Source: Callorhinchus milii (taxonomy: Eukaryota). From it: 64,000 nucleotides of DNA. Of the stretch, positions 10,901-22,900 are shown piece by piece. Positions within the stretch are counted from its first letter, which is position 1. Every line of letters begins with the position of its first letter. The notes below the pieces were generated by a model, which searched no databases, had not been told where the DNA came from, and worked only from the letters and a program-made list of their open reading frames with translations. The DNA lies in assembly GCF_018977255.1 (NCBI RefSeq), contig NW_024704742.1, positions 34,474,001 through 34,538,000 of the forward strand, written 5' to 3'. The position numbers were made by a program, and so were the translations under genes.

Positions 10901-13900
10901 AATTAATAGAAGGCCATCAAGGAATCCTGATTACAATCTTTATTTGTAAAGCTAGGTACAGCCCTTGAATCAGTGCCAGTGCAGTATTTAATTCAAGTTT
11001 ATTTATGAGTTGGAAGAAAAACCGTAAATAGAAGGTTGTGCAGTAGAGCAACAGAGAGGACAGTGATTCTCTATAAAGTATGCAATATTGTAACTACCTC
11101 CCCAACAGCTGGATATTCTCCACCGAAGCCAGGCCATACATTAGTTTGTCTTTCTCCTGAGCAAGTGGTGTCTCCTGGTAACGTTTAAACATATATTCCC
11201 ATGAAGATACATTTCCTGAGGTCTGCATCCCATATCGGTACACAAGTAAACGTAAATTTGGTTCGACCCTGAAATGGAAACAGACATTCTACCATTACAG
11301 CAGCAACAATAATGTGCACTTACATAGCAGGTTGCACATTACACCATTCACCTACAAAATATGCAGTCAATACACTTTACAATAAATCATGTGACTCTCT
11401 TTGAGACATTCTCCTAACGTGGAAGGCCCTTTATCAAATGCAAGGATTATTATTAAGATATGATAAACATTTTTGCAAAGGCAATGGGGGAATCATTAAT
11501 GTCAATGGTCTTTTCATTTTTAATTTACTCAAGTCTGGGTGACACTAATACAAAAGGTTGAATGGCTTGCTACTGTGTTGTAGATTTCTGTGGTTTCCTA
11601 ACAGCTAGTGTTAACACTGAAGAAAATCTATTCACCTGGCCCCTGTTAACCATCTGTTAAACAATTGAGAGGCATTGCTTAGTGCTTCCTCATCTCCCAT
11701 TTGACACGCAAGTCCCAAAACATCTGTCCTCAATAACCTAGGAACAAAACAAAAGTATATTTTTACAATGAGTTACATGAAGTAACAGAAGCCTCATATC
11801 ATAATTGTCTGACAATGAAGAATTTAAAACCTCTCCAAGTGTTCCCCTTCATCTTTCCAGCCAAGACTATGGACGATAGGTTTAACCTGATTCTTCCAGT
11901 ATTCCTACAATACAAGAGTTAATTCATACAATCAACAAAATGTTACAGCACAAATAGACACCATGTGGCCCATTGCATCTATGATGGTTCACCTCAATGT
12001 TGAGAAAAAAGTGCAAATACTTTGAACTTTGTTTTACCTGGAACATAGGGTAAAGAGTATTATCGTCCTTGAGCATGTTTTCAATATACAATGAGGATTT
12101 CACCGCTGTTACCCAGGGTAAATATTCAGTTTCATTCTTCAGATACTTGGTCAGATTTAAAGGCACAAAGTAGTTCAGGAGAGATGCTCTGTAACGGCAG
12201 TAAAAGTTAACGGAAGTACCATTTTGATAATGAAGGTGACCTATTTAGTCTAAGGAACAGCAAACATCCTTCAAAGGATGTTAAAGCCAACATTATTGGT
12301 TTGTGCAAGCTTTATACGGTTCCTACTCATAACAGTTATGCCTGCATCATACAGCCAATTAACATACATAAAATCATACTGAAGTATGTTAAATTAAAAG
12401 AAAATACATTCCATTTTCCTACATCCTTTCTCATTATACTATTGCCATAATTAGTATGTAAGTCAATTGTAGCTCCCCTGCCTCAGAACGATTACAACTG
12501 AACACAACATGAATAAGTCCTGGGACTATTCTGGTCTGCACATCTCATTACTACATCATGCTATGGATTTCACACTGAAACATTTGTGGAACTTGACCGA
12601 GAGGTATTATTAGGGTGCATTTTATTGATACTGGGCCTTCTATAACGACTACAATGAGACTCCCTCTGTACATATGGTTCATATTCACTAGAAAGTGTGG
12701 TTTGTCTGCCCTTTGCTCATATTGTATAGGACTTGTATAGTAGTAGAGAATAAAGATTGTCTTCCTATCAGTCTGGGGTGGATTTAAACCCAAGTCCTAG
12801 TGTGAAAGTACAATGTTCCAACACTATACCACAAGCCTTCCAACCTTTCCTCCCCCCAAATTGTCCACTAAATGCTTTCTAGTTTAAAAAGTAAAGCGTT
12901 GTGTTGCTCAGGCTTACCTTCCAAGTGAAAATCCGTCATCAATAAGTCCTGTCCGATCAGCGACTGAAAAGACCTAAACACATAAGGAGGTGTCAGTCAG
13001 TTGCAAATAGCTAGTGTTAAAATAAATGGTTATGGTTCCTGTTGCTTTAAACTCACTTTGAAACCTCAAGTGAAGAAAAGAAGATCTGTCCTACAATGAC
13101 AACAACTTCACCAGTTACCCCTTTTACATAGAGTAACATTGTGAAGCCATTTTCGGAGACGGGAATAATTACAATGGTTTGTTACCATGTGACCCAATGG
13201 TTTGGGTCTGAAATGCTGTACACTGTCCAGCGCCTTGGGATGTCCTCCTGACGTGAAAGGCGCTATACAAATGTAATCTTGTTGCTGTTTTAAAGGAGCA
13301 ACATGGGGAGAGGAGAAAGTTGACTGAGGGTGTAATCCAAAAGGTGGGTTTTCAGAAGGGTTTTAAAAACCTTGAGTGTAAGGTGACAAGATTTTGGGAA
13401 GGAGTTCCAGAGAGCAGGGAGATAGTGTTTGAAAGCTCAGCTGCTAAGGTAGCAGAGCTTAGAGTGTATAGCAGGCTTGAGTTTGTGATCTTACCTCATG
13501 CTTCTTTATGATCTGTTCTATGATTTTATCCCAGGTTGGTTCTTCATAGTTTGCCCTGTAGAACCCCACATGGTTTGTATTTATTTTCAGTAACCCATCA
13601 GTAGTTGAGTTATAAGGCAAATCAATACCTACATATAGAACACGTAAGAACATTTAATAGGGACACAATTCACACCGGCATGAGGTACACTGCATCGGTT
13701 CTTTTATGCTATACACCATTTATTATTTAATGTACAGTATTATAATATAATAATAATCCTTGCATTTAATATGAGACAGCTCAAAACGCTTCACAGAATA
13801 TACATTATTGACTGTATATTTTGTGGGCAAAATGCGGCAGCCAAACAATCAATCGTGGACTGAGTGACCAAATTATTATTATTATAATGTTTTTCTTGAA

Positions 13901-16900
13901 GGAATTGATTACCCCCAGAAAACGATCCGCCAATCGACTAACAACCAGGTTCCTACTTACTGCTAGGTAAACAGAGACGTGTGGAATAAGGAAACTTGCC
14001 CAACGTTTCGCCCTGCCCGGGAATCAAAGCCAGGTCCTCTCTCTTGTGAGGCGAGTGCTCTAACCACTAAGCTACAGCACTTCAGTATACAATATTGTGA
14101 GACATAATTAAAATCCTAGAATGTTTTTTTAAATCTTACTACTTCCCTACCATAAAAGCTATTTTTCTGATCTGAGCACTCCCTAATATTGGGATTTATC
14201 AAGACAGTATTTAACAAGTGGAATGGTTAACTAGGTATCGTTGTTGATATCAGGATGCTGGACTCATTTATTAGTGCTGTGAAGAGAGGAGAGTAGGTAG
14301 GGTATTCTGGAAGGATAAGATCAAATGGGCCAAAGGCTACCCTGCATGGAATCATAGAATCACATAACACAGAAGGAGGCCATTCGGCCCATCGTATCTG
14401 TGCCTGCTCTTTGAAAAGAGCTACCTAAATCAATCCCACTCCCATACACTCTCCCCATAGCCCCGCAAGCTTGCTCTCCCCAGATAATTATCTACTTCTC
14501 TCTTAAAAGTTGTTATTGAATCGGCTTCCACCACCCTTTCAGGCAATGCATTCCAGATCCGAACAACTCGCTGTGTGAAAATATTACTCCTCACCTGTTT
14601 CTTTTAACAACTATTTTAAATCGGTGCCCTCAGTGGAAATAGTTTCTCCTTGTTCAGCCGATCGAATCCCTTCATAATTTTGAAAACTTCTAATAAGTCT
14701 GTAACTGGAGGGCGCTATGTAAGTGCAAGTTATTGTTGTTCTTCATTTGAACCCTCCCAGTGACCCTGGGTAATTTTATGAAAGGTGCAACCTGTGATGT
14801 GTTAATGATCACTCTAATATTTGGCCAGTTAATAACTAAAGGCAACGTTTCGTCTGTGGAAGTGACCTTACCCCACGTCATTCTGTCACATTGTCTGGGC
14901 CACAAGCCAGTTATAACACACACTGGATTTCTGGTTAGCAAGGGCAGGATTGGAGTGCTAGTAAACTAGCAGGATATCATCTTAACTCAATGAATAAATC
15001 AGAATTATAAGATCACAAGAATGATCTGGATGAAGAAGGCCCTCCAGCACATCCAGTCTCTACCACCTTTCCTGACTACTATACCAATTGTTGATAATGC
15101 ACTCCGTAAAGAAAAACTTACTGGTATCTGTCCTGAAACTCCCCTTTACAACTATAAACCTATGTCCTCTACAATAGTCTGTTTCTTCTTTAAAAATGTT
15201 TGAATAAGTAGATTATGAAAAATAGCATTTCAAGAAAAAAATAAATAAAAACTGTCAATTTATAAAGCACCAATACAAATCTGTTACTAAATGCAAATGA
15301 GTCACACTTGATAATTTCATATCTTTGAAATCTCTCCACGATGTGATAAGGTGCTGTATCAAATTATATTATTATAAGGATTATTATTATAAACTTATGA
15401 TTTCATGCATACCTGTTGGTTTTGTCAAATTGAGAAAATCTGTCCCATTCTTTCCTGTTAGTGTATACCACTGGAGAGGAATATTCCACAAATAGCTGTA
15501 ATTGAAAGATTAGTATAAATAGTCAGTATGTTATGAGATTTGTCAGACTTCTTTGCAAATATTTAATGCAAAAAGAAAGATAATTTGGAACTTCATCATT
15601 TGTGATCTTGGGTAATCTTGAGAAATTTGCTGCCTCTGTTGTATTAATGATCACAAAATTGAACAATGTGGGCAGTCAATAACTAAAGGCAAGCTTAGCT
15701 CAGTTGGCAGCAATCTCGCCTCCGAGTTAGAAGCTTGTGGGTTTAACAACAAATTACATTTGTATAGTGCCTTTCACATCAGGAGGACACCCCTTTAAGC
15801 CCCATTTGTGACTTGGAACTCATGTTCCAATATAGTTCTGAGGATGTGTTGCATTGTTGGAGGAGCCATCCTTTGAATGAGCCGTTAAACTGAGGTCCTA
15901 TCTGCCTGTTTGAGTGGACATTACAGATCCTGTTAGGGGGGATTCCTGTGCATAAATGGTCTGCCACGTTGGCCCACAAAATACACAGTCACTCCACTTA
16001 ATGGTACATCCTATGAAGTGCTTTGAGACGGCCTCCTGATGTGAAAGGCACCGTACCAAGTACAAGGGGTGTCATCTATTAAGTGTAAAATATATAATAT
16101 TTTATATATAATTTTTATTTATCTTTAAGTATTTTTGTTTAGCCTACCCTCCCTCCCGTCCACCCTTCCTGATCCCAACCAGCAGCTTGGGTATGGATCC
16201 CTGACTGTCAGGCGCCTTGGAACTTTCTCCTGACGTGAAAGGTGCTATACAAATGTAATGTTGTTGTCGTCTAACCTATATGATATAGGACTCTGTAATA
16301 TCTATATTTATAGTGATAGAATCAGCACTCTCTCCCTGGAGGTATTTATATGAATTACTTCAAGCCCTTTGGGACATCCTCCCGACATGAAAGGCGCTCT
16401 ACAGATGTAATTTTGTTGTTGTTGTTGCTGTTCAAATTAATTATATATTGGCTACAATATCTTACTTGAAAGGTGAAGGAGGTTCTTCTGGATTAGAGCT
16501 GGGGTCTAAAATGAAGCGTGATTGTATGATTGTTGATTCCTTTTGAACTTGCAGCACTGGATACCCCATTTGGTTAGTCCAGGTATCCATCACTTCTTTT
16601 ACTTGTTTACCACTGACCTAGACGAGGAACGGAAACAAAAGACGTGTAAGGAGAGTAGATCGTCTGGGAAGCTCCCTCGCAGAACATTCATTATCAAAAT
16701 GTAAAATGTCACCAATGCAAACAACAACTTGCATTTATTTAGCAACCTTCATGCGGGATCTTGGAGCGCTTGCAATAACTCAAAAATTTGGTCTTACCTC
16801 AGCTTGGGCTTTCCAGAAGTCATCTGTTTTGGCATTCTTAAATTGGTTATCCTTCAGATATTTCTGAAGATAGAATTAAATATTTCAATATGTTTTGCCT

Positions 16901-19900
16901 TAACAGTTCATACATAAACATATTTGTTGATAAGCTTACACTATTGTTTTCCTTCTACTTTCTTTGTCGTCTCATGACTATGAACCTGAACCTGAAGACA
17001 GGTGGGTAAACAGCTACCAGAATTCTGCCACCATCACTTCAAGGTGAACATCAGATATTCTCTCAATCCCTGCAGGGGATTATCTGGCATCACTTGTTGT
17101 CCTGAGTGTGCCTGAGATTGGGAGCTCACCATATGGAGAAAGCAAAGGAATTGACCATTGAATCGTACCACTTTGTAAAACCACATATTGGAGCTCTAGG
17201 AGTCCATGCTGCCATACTATCCTCCTTTACTATGAGCAGAGCAACCTCACCTGACATCCCCGCTGAAACAATTCTGGAGTCATCCAATCCCTCAGCATAC
17301 GTAGAATTGATGCTCCCTGGATAAAAAAATGTGCTGTGAACACATCTATCTACAGCAATCCGCTTATTATAACAGACAGTATTATTGCACTTAATAAACA
17401 CATGAACACTCAGGTCTACCTGGCAGGTCCCTAAGTTTGGTAAATACCACACAATGCTCTTTTCTTTTCAAATCATTCAATGTCTTCTTCCTTCCAAAAT
17501 AGGTTTAGCTCTATGGCAGATCAAATATTAAAACGATTAGGAGTTGGTCCAATAAATACAAGTTACACTACAAAACAGTGTTGATTCAAACCAAAAAGGT
17601 AACTGAAAGAGAGATAGAGGGCAATACCACTTAACTGGAAAGAGTGCACTCACCCGGTGTTAGTTATTGAACAATCAATAACTAATAATAACTAATAATC
17701 CTTACATTTAATATAGCACCTTACATATCAGTACACTTCACAGGATTTATTATAAAGTGTAGTGACTGTATTTTGTATCAAGTTTTTTTTGTATCTGTTT
17801 TTTTTAAAAGTTAGTCATATATTAATAATCCTTGCCTTTGATGATAATAATCCTTGTATTATTATAGTGCCCGTCACATCAGGATGACGTCTTAAAATAT
17901 GTCACAGGATTTACTGTAAAGTGTAATGGCTGTATATTTTGTAGGTGAATGCAGCATCCAATTTGCACATAGCACAAACAGCCAGGAGGGGAACAACCAA
18001 TTTTATCTGGGGTCTGTTGGCCAGGACAACAGGAGAAACTCCCTTCTCTTCACTAAGAGAGCCAATATAGCCAATCTGACACCTAACACAATAAATGCTA
18101 AACAAAGTTGCAAATTCTACCCCTCTCTGAAATATCCTCTTCACAACTATTTTCTGTGGTTCACAAATATAACACCATAGAGAAGGTGTAATGTTAACTC
18201 AATCATAATTAGTAAAACCAGTTCTTACCTTGCTATATGAGATGCCATCAAACACAGAAGTAATTTCCGCTGGTGTTGACACATTAACAATTATTGGATG
18301 GGAAGATAACAAAGCGTCATCAACCATGACGGACAAGACATCATCTATAAGAATCTGATCCAGCTGTAAACAAAACCACCAGAGGTTTCACTGAGAATTG
18401 AGGGACAGAGAGTTAGAACAATTTTCTATCTCTGGGATTTAGTCTTTAATTCTACCCAGTCTGATTCTTTGTTAGGCGTATGGGGACTATGAGGAATAAG
18501 CTTTAGCATTCTTAACCCAGTTCCTGGTGAGCTTGGGGTCAACAGTGCCAATTTAACAACAATTTAGCACAATTTGCCAATCTAATTTGAAGAGAGGACA
18601 CTGTTGACAGCTTTTGTCCAAACCAGCTCCATCCATTCCTCAGTGTTGAACTTGCTCACCTTAACAAACAGAAAAATCTACAAACAACTTCAAGTTGCAA
18701 AGAGAAACTTCTTCCAGTTACCATGAGTACATAATGCCAACCCATGGGAACGCCACTCCGACACAATGTACTTCTGGAGCAGAGTTTCCACAGATCAATA
18801 TTACATATTTCCAAGTTCCTCTTTGAGACTGAGAATCAATATTAAGCAACCCTACCAGAAATGGCTGCAATTTAGTTCCAATGTTCTTGTTAAGTGCTTT
18901 TCAGGAAGAGTTCTCAAGTCAATTTCAGTAGGCACCTTGTTAGCTATTTCATGCTATTGGCTCTCATTCCATTATTCCTGCTTCCTCCCTTGCTGCTTTG
19001 CACACCATTTGCGGCTCTCTTTCAATTTACAGACAAGACCATGAGCCATACATATGTCTGTAATTGCCATTAATACAGATGCTTAATTGACCAGCAAGAA
19101 AAGCAGTCAAAGTGGAGTGAGCATTGCAATAACAAGATCCCAGAGATAGTCCATTCAAACAGCTTGGTTTAGCTGCACACCACACATTCAGTTAATTTTT
19201 GCTGGATTATCTTTTAACAAATTGTTCACACCCACAATAAATTAAAGTAATCCCTGTCATTTATCTTTAAGGGATTTCATTCTGTCAATCTTTCTCCTCT
19301 TTGGAAGACATATTGGTAATTCAACTGACATACAGTTTGACAGGCATCACTGGCCCTCTGGTATGTCACCTAAATGATCGTTACCCGTGAGCTTTGACAG
19401 TGAATGCTAGGAGTCTAGTTGACCACAGAATCCATTAAAGCCAAGCTCAGCCCTGTTCTCATTCAATATCTGTACACACGCACACCTCCAGAGATCTGTG
19501 GATATCTCTGAGTAGTGTAACTGAAGGGTGCTGAGACCTTGTCACTTTGCACACCATTTGCTGCCCTCTTTCGACTCATGGACAAGACCATGTGCCATAC
19601 TTGTCTGTGAGTGCCATTAATTCAATTATTTAACTGTAGCATCCAACTGCTGCCCCGACTGAGATTCTCCAACTCAGGACATACCAGAATAGCATCTTTT
19701 CACTTTGTATGTGCCAGTGCTAATTTTATCCACCAGACCATCGGATGATCTATTTTGATATTCTGTTTGGTGTATTTTCTATTTTGATATTTTATTTGGT
19801 GTATTTTCGTTTTCCTAAAAACTTTTCGCACTTAAAAGAAGTGGAGAGGAAGATCTGAACAGTATGAAATACAGGAGTTAACTTACCATTTCCCATTCAG

Positions 19901-22900
19901 ATTCAGCTGCATTTACACCAATGTATTCAAAGAAACTGGCGAATCCCTCGTTCAGCCATAAATCATCCCACCAATTCATGGTCACAATGTTTCCAAACCA
20001 CTAAAAGTATAAACAGACATTTAATTGTATTGGTTGCTCTGTGGTAGAATTCTTGCTTGCCAAGCACATACAAGCACATGTATGTGATTCTATGAAAAGG
20101 AAAAATATAAAAGAATATTTGGGGATAATAATAGTAATCTTTGGATTTGGTATTACGCTATTCACATCATAGTGGTAAGTTCTTTTAACAACTGCAGTAA
20201 ACCAAAAGTTAAAACTGATTTCAATAATTTGGCATTGTGGAGTCCTGTAGCTCAGTGGTTAGAGCACTCGCCTTGCAAACGAGACACCTGGGTTCAATTC
20301 CAGGCAGGGCGAAACCTTGGGCAAGTTTCCTTACTCCACACGCCTAATAATAATCCCTCCAAAACAAAACAATAATAAATTGGTCATTTTCAATTCATGA
20401 CTGATGTGCGCAATTGGCTGCCGCGTTTCGCCCACAAATATACAGTCAATTCATTTTACAGCATAGTCTATGAGACGTTTTGAGACGTCTAGAAGACGTG
20501 AAAAGCGCAATATCAAATGCAGGATTATTATTATTATATGGAAAATTCTCCAAAATGCCTCATAAATAGAATAAATATAGCACTTTGTCACATCATCAAA
20601 ATGTTTCAAAGTGTGTCACAGGTTCTTAATGTGAAAGCACATTCTGAGCAGCCCACAAATAATATCCGCAAAGGAATTTTTTATGACCAAAAATTCCTTC
20701 TGAAGCAGATCTCATTGGGAGTTTCTGTCTGAAGCATCTTTGGTGAGACATCAGTGAAACTCATGTTTTGATGAGCACTTTTCAGCCCCATTATTACTGC
20801 CCCAGCAATTGGCCTGTCATGTAACTTGGAAGCTGAGTATTCCTGTGATTTAATCTTTTGTGCTGTTACTATACCTGGTGAACAAGTTCATGAGCAACAA
20901 CTGAAGCCACACGCTGCTTATTAGTGGAAGAAGATTCTGCGGGATCATATAGCAGGTTGGTTTCCCTGTAGGTGATCAGTCCCCAGTTTTCCATTGCACC
21001 AGTACCAAAGTCTGGTATGGCAATCATATCTGTAATGCAGAGAACATCATAAAAAATATCAAGAAATCGGAGTTCAGATGGCAGAACTGTGTTCATTATG
21101 ATCATCCTACAATTTATGAAAGATATAACATTTACTGTAATACCATTCAGGGAGGATTAGGCACTGTCATAAACAAACTCTCACACTAGCACGGATCAAT
21201 AACTTCAATCCTGTTAGAAAGCAATAGTTTGGGTCCATAAAATTAGACATTGATTAATAATAGTAATAATCTTTGCATTTAGTATAGTGCTTTATCATGC
21301 AATAACAACAACAAAATTACATTTATAGAGCGCCTTTCACGTCGCGAGGACGTCCCAAAGCACTGAACAGTCAGGTGTCAGGGCCCGAGCATGGGGGAGG
21401 GATGGTGTACAGGTGAGGGAAGGCAGAGAGGTGGGAAGGAGACCAAAGGTTCAGTCGAAGAGAAGGGACTTGAGACCGGCCTTGAAGGAGATAAGGGAGG
21501 AAGTGAGGCGAAGGGACCGTGGGATGGAGTTCCAGAGTGTGGGGGCAGAGAGGCTGAAAGCACGGGCACCGATGGTAGGGTGGGTCAGGCGGGAGACCTG
21601 GAGCAGGCCGGAGCCCAATAAACGGAGAGAGCGGGCAGGTTGGTAGGGAGTCAGCAGGTCAGAGAGATAGGAAGGATGCAGGAAGGATGTATCAAAGAGC
21701 TTCACATTATGTACATTTGCGCACATATGTGGGAAGCTGGCCAGTCAGTGTATCACACTGTTGATACAGTGCGGGTTGACAACCTACCCTCATTATAACA
21801 AATCACATTATATCAGGGTCTGATGAGATGTTAAACCGTACACGTAATGTTAAAGATCTCTTCACACTATTCAAAACAAGAAGAGAATTTCTCCCCGCTA
21901 TGTTGCCAATAATGCCCAGATAGAATTGGTTACTCGCTTCACTGTGGGAAACCATACAATGTAATATATTGGACATCCAAAAGGCATTTGACAAAGCACC
22001 ACATGAAAGACTCATTCACAAACTGTGGTCACTCAGTTTCAAGGGCAAAACATGGACATGGATTCAGAATTGACTAAAACGGAAAGAAGCAGAGGCATTT
22101 GTTATGGGAGCTCGTTCAAAATGGGAAGAGATGCGGATGATCTGTAGCCTATGGAGGGAGGAGTTGGGGAGGCTGACAAGCAAGGAGTTTGAATGGTCAA
22201 GCCTCAATGTTATGAATGCATGCATGAGGGTTTCAGCAACCTGCGGTGTGAGATAGTGGCGGAGTCAGGCGATGTTGCAAAGGTAGATGAAGGCAGAGCG
22301 GGTCATGGCACAGATGTGGGGTAGAAAGGATAGTTGAGGGTCAAACAAGACACCAAGGTTCCAGACTGGCTTAGCAAGGTGGAGTGTACATCCATGGATG
22401 GTGATGCTGTCAGCGCCTGAGTTGTGGAGGCGCTGACAGGAGCCAATTCAGAAGAACTCGGTTTCGTCGACGTTCAACTGAAGAAAGTTAGCTCTCATCC
22501 AGGACTTGATGTCTGACAAACATTCTGTCAGGGCATCAATGGTCCTGGAGTCAAGGGTGGAGGCAGAGATATAGAGTTTGGTGTCATCCGCATACATATG
22601 CAAGTTGACCCCATGTCTGCAGATGATGTCACCAAGAGGGAGCATATAGATGTTGAAGAGGAGGGGACCAAGGACAAAGCCCTGAGGAACACTGCACGAG
22701 ACAGTGCGGGGCTGGAGGAGATACCGTTTGTGGAGGTGAGTGGAGGCGGTGTGAGAGGTACAATCTGAACCAAATGATCCAAATGAATTACCCTGGTATT
22801 CCAAGCAGCAAGGACTGAAATGCAACAATTGTGGTGAATGCGGGTGTCAACAGTAAAAATGCTGGCAGATGCAGGACATTTCCATCTTGTCAAAGTACTA

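Noticed and set aside
18580..19080. Protein-like minus-strand frame in intron 6 ([13 protein letters not shown]..., [12 protein letters not shown]...)
   Set aside because: Many stops and no motif I can assign; needs a translated search before any claim.
19750..19807. 29-bp tandem duplication (2 copies)
   Set aside because: Ordinary slippage product with no further structure.
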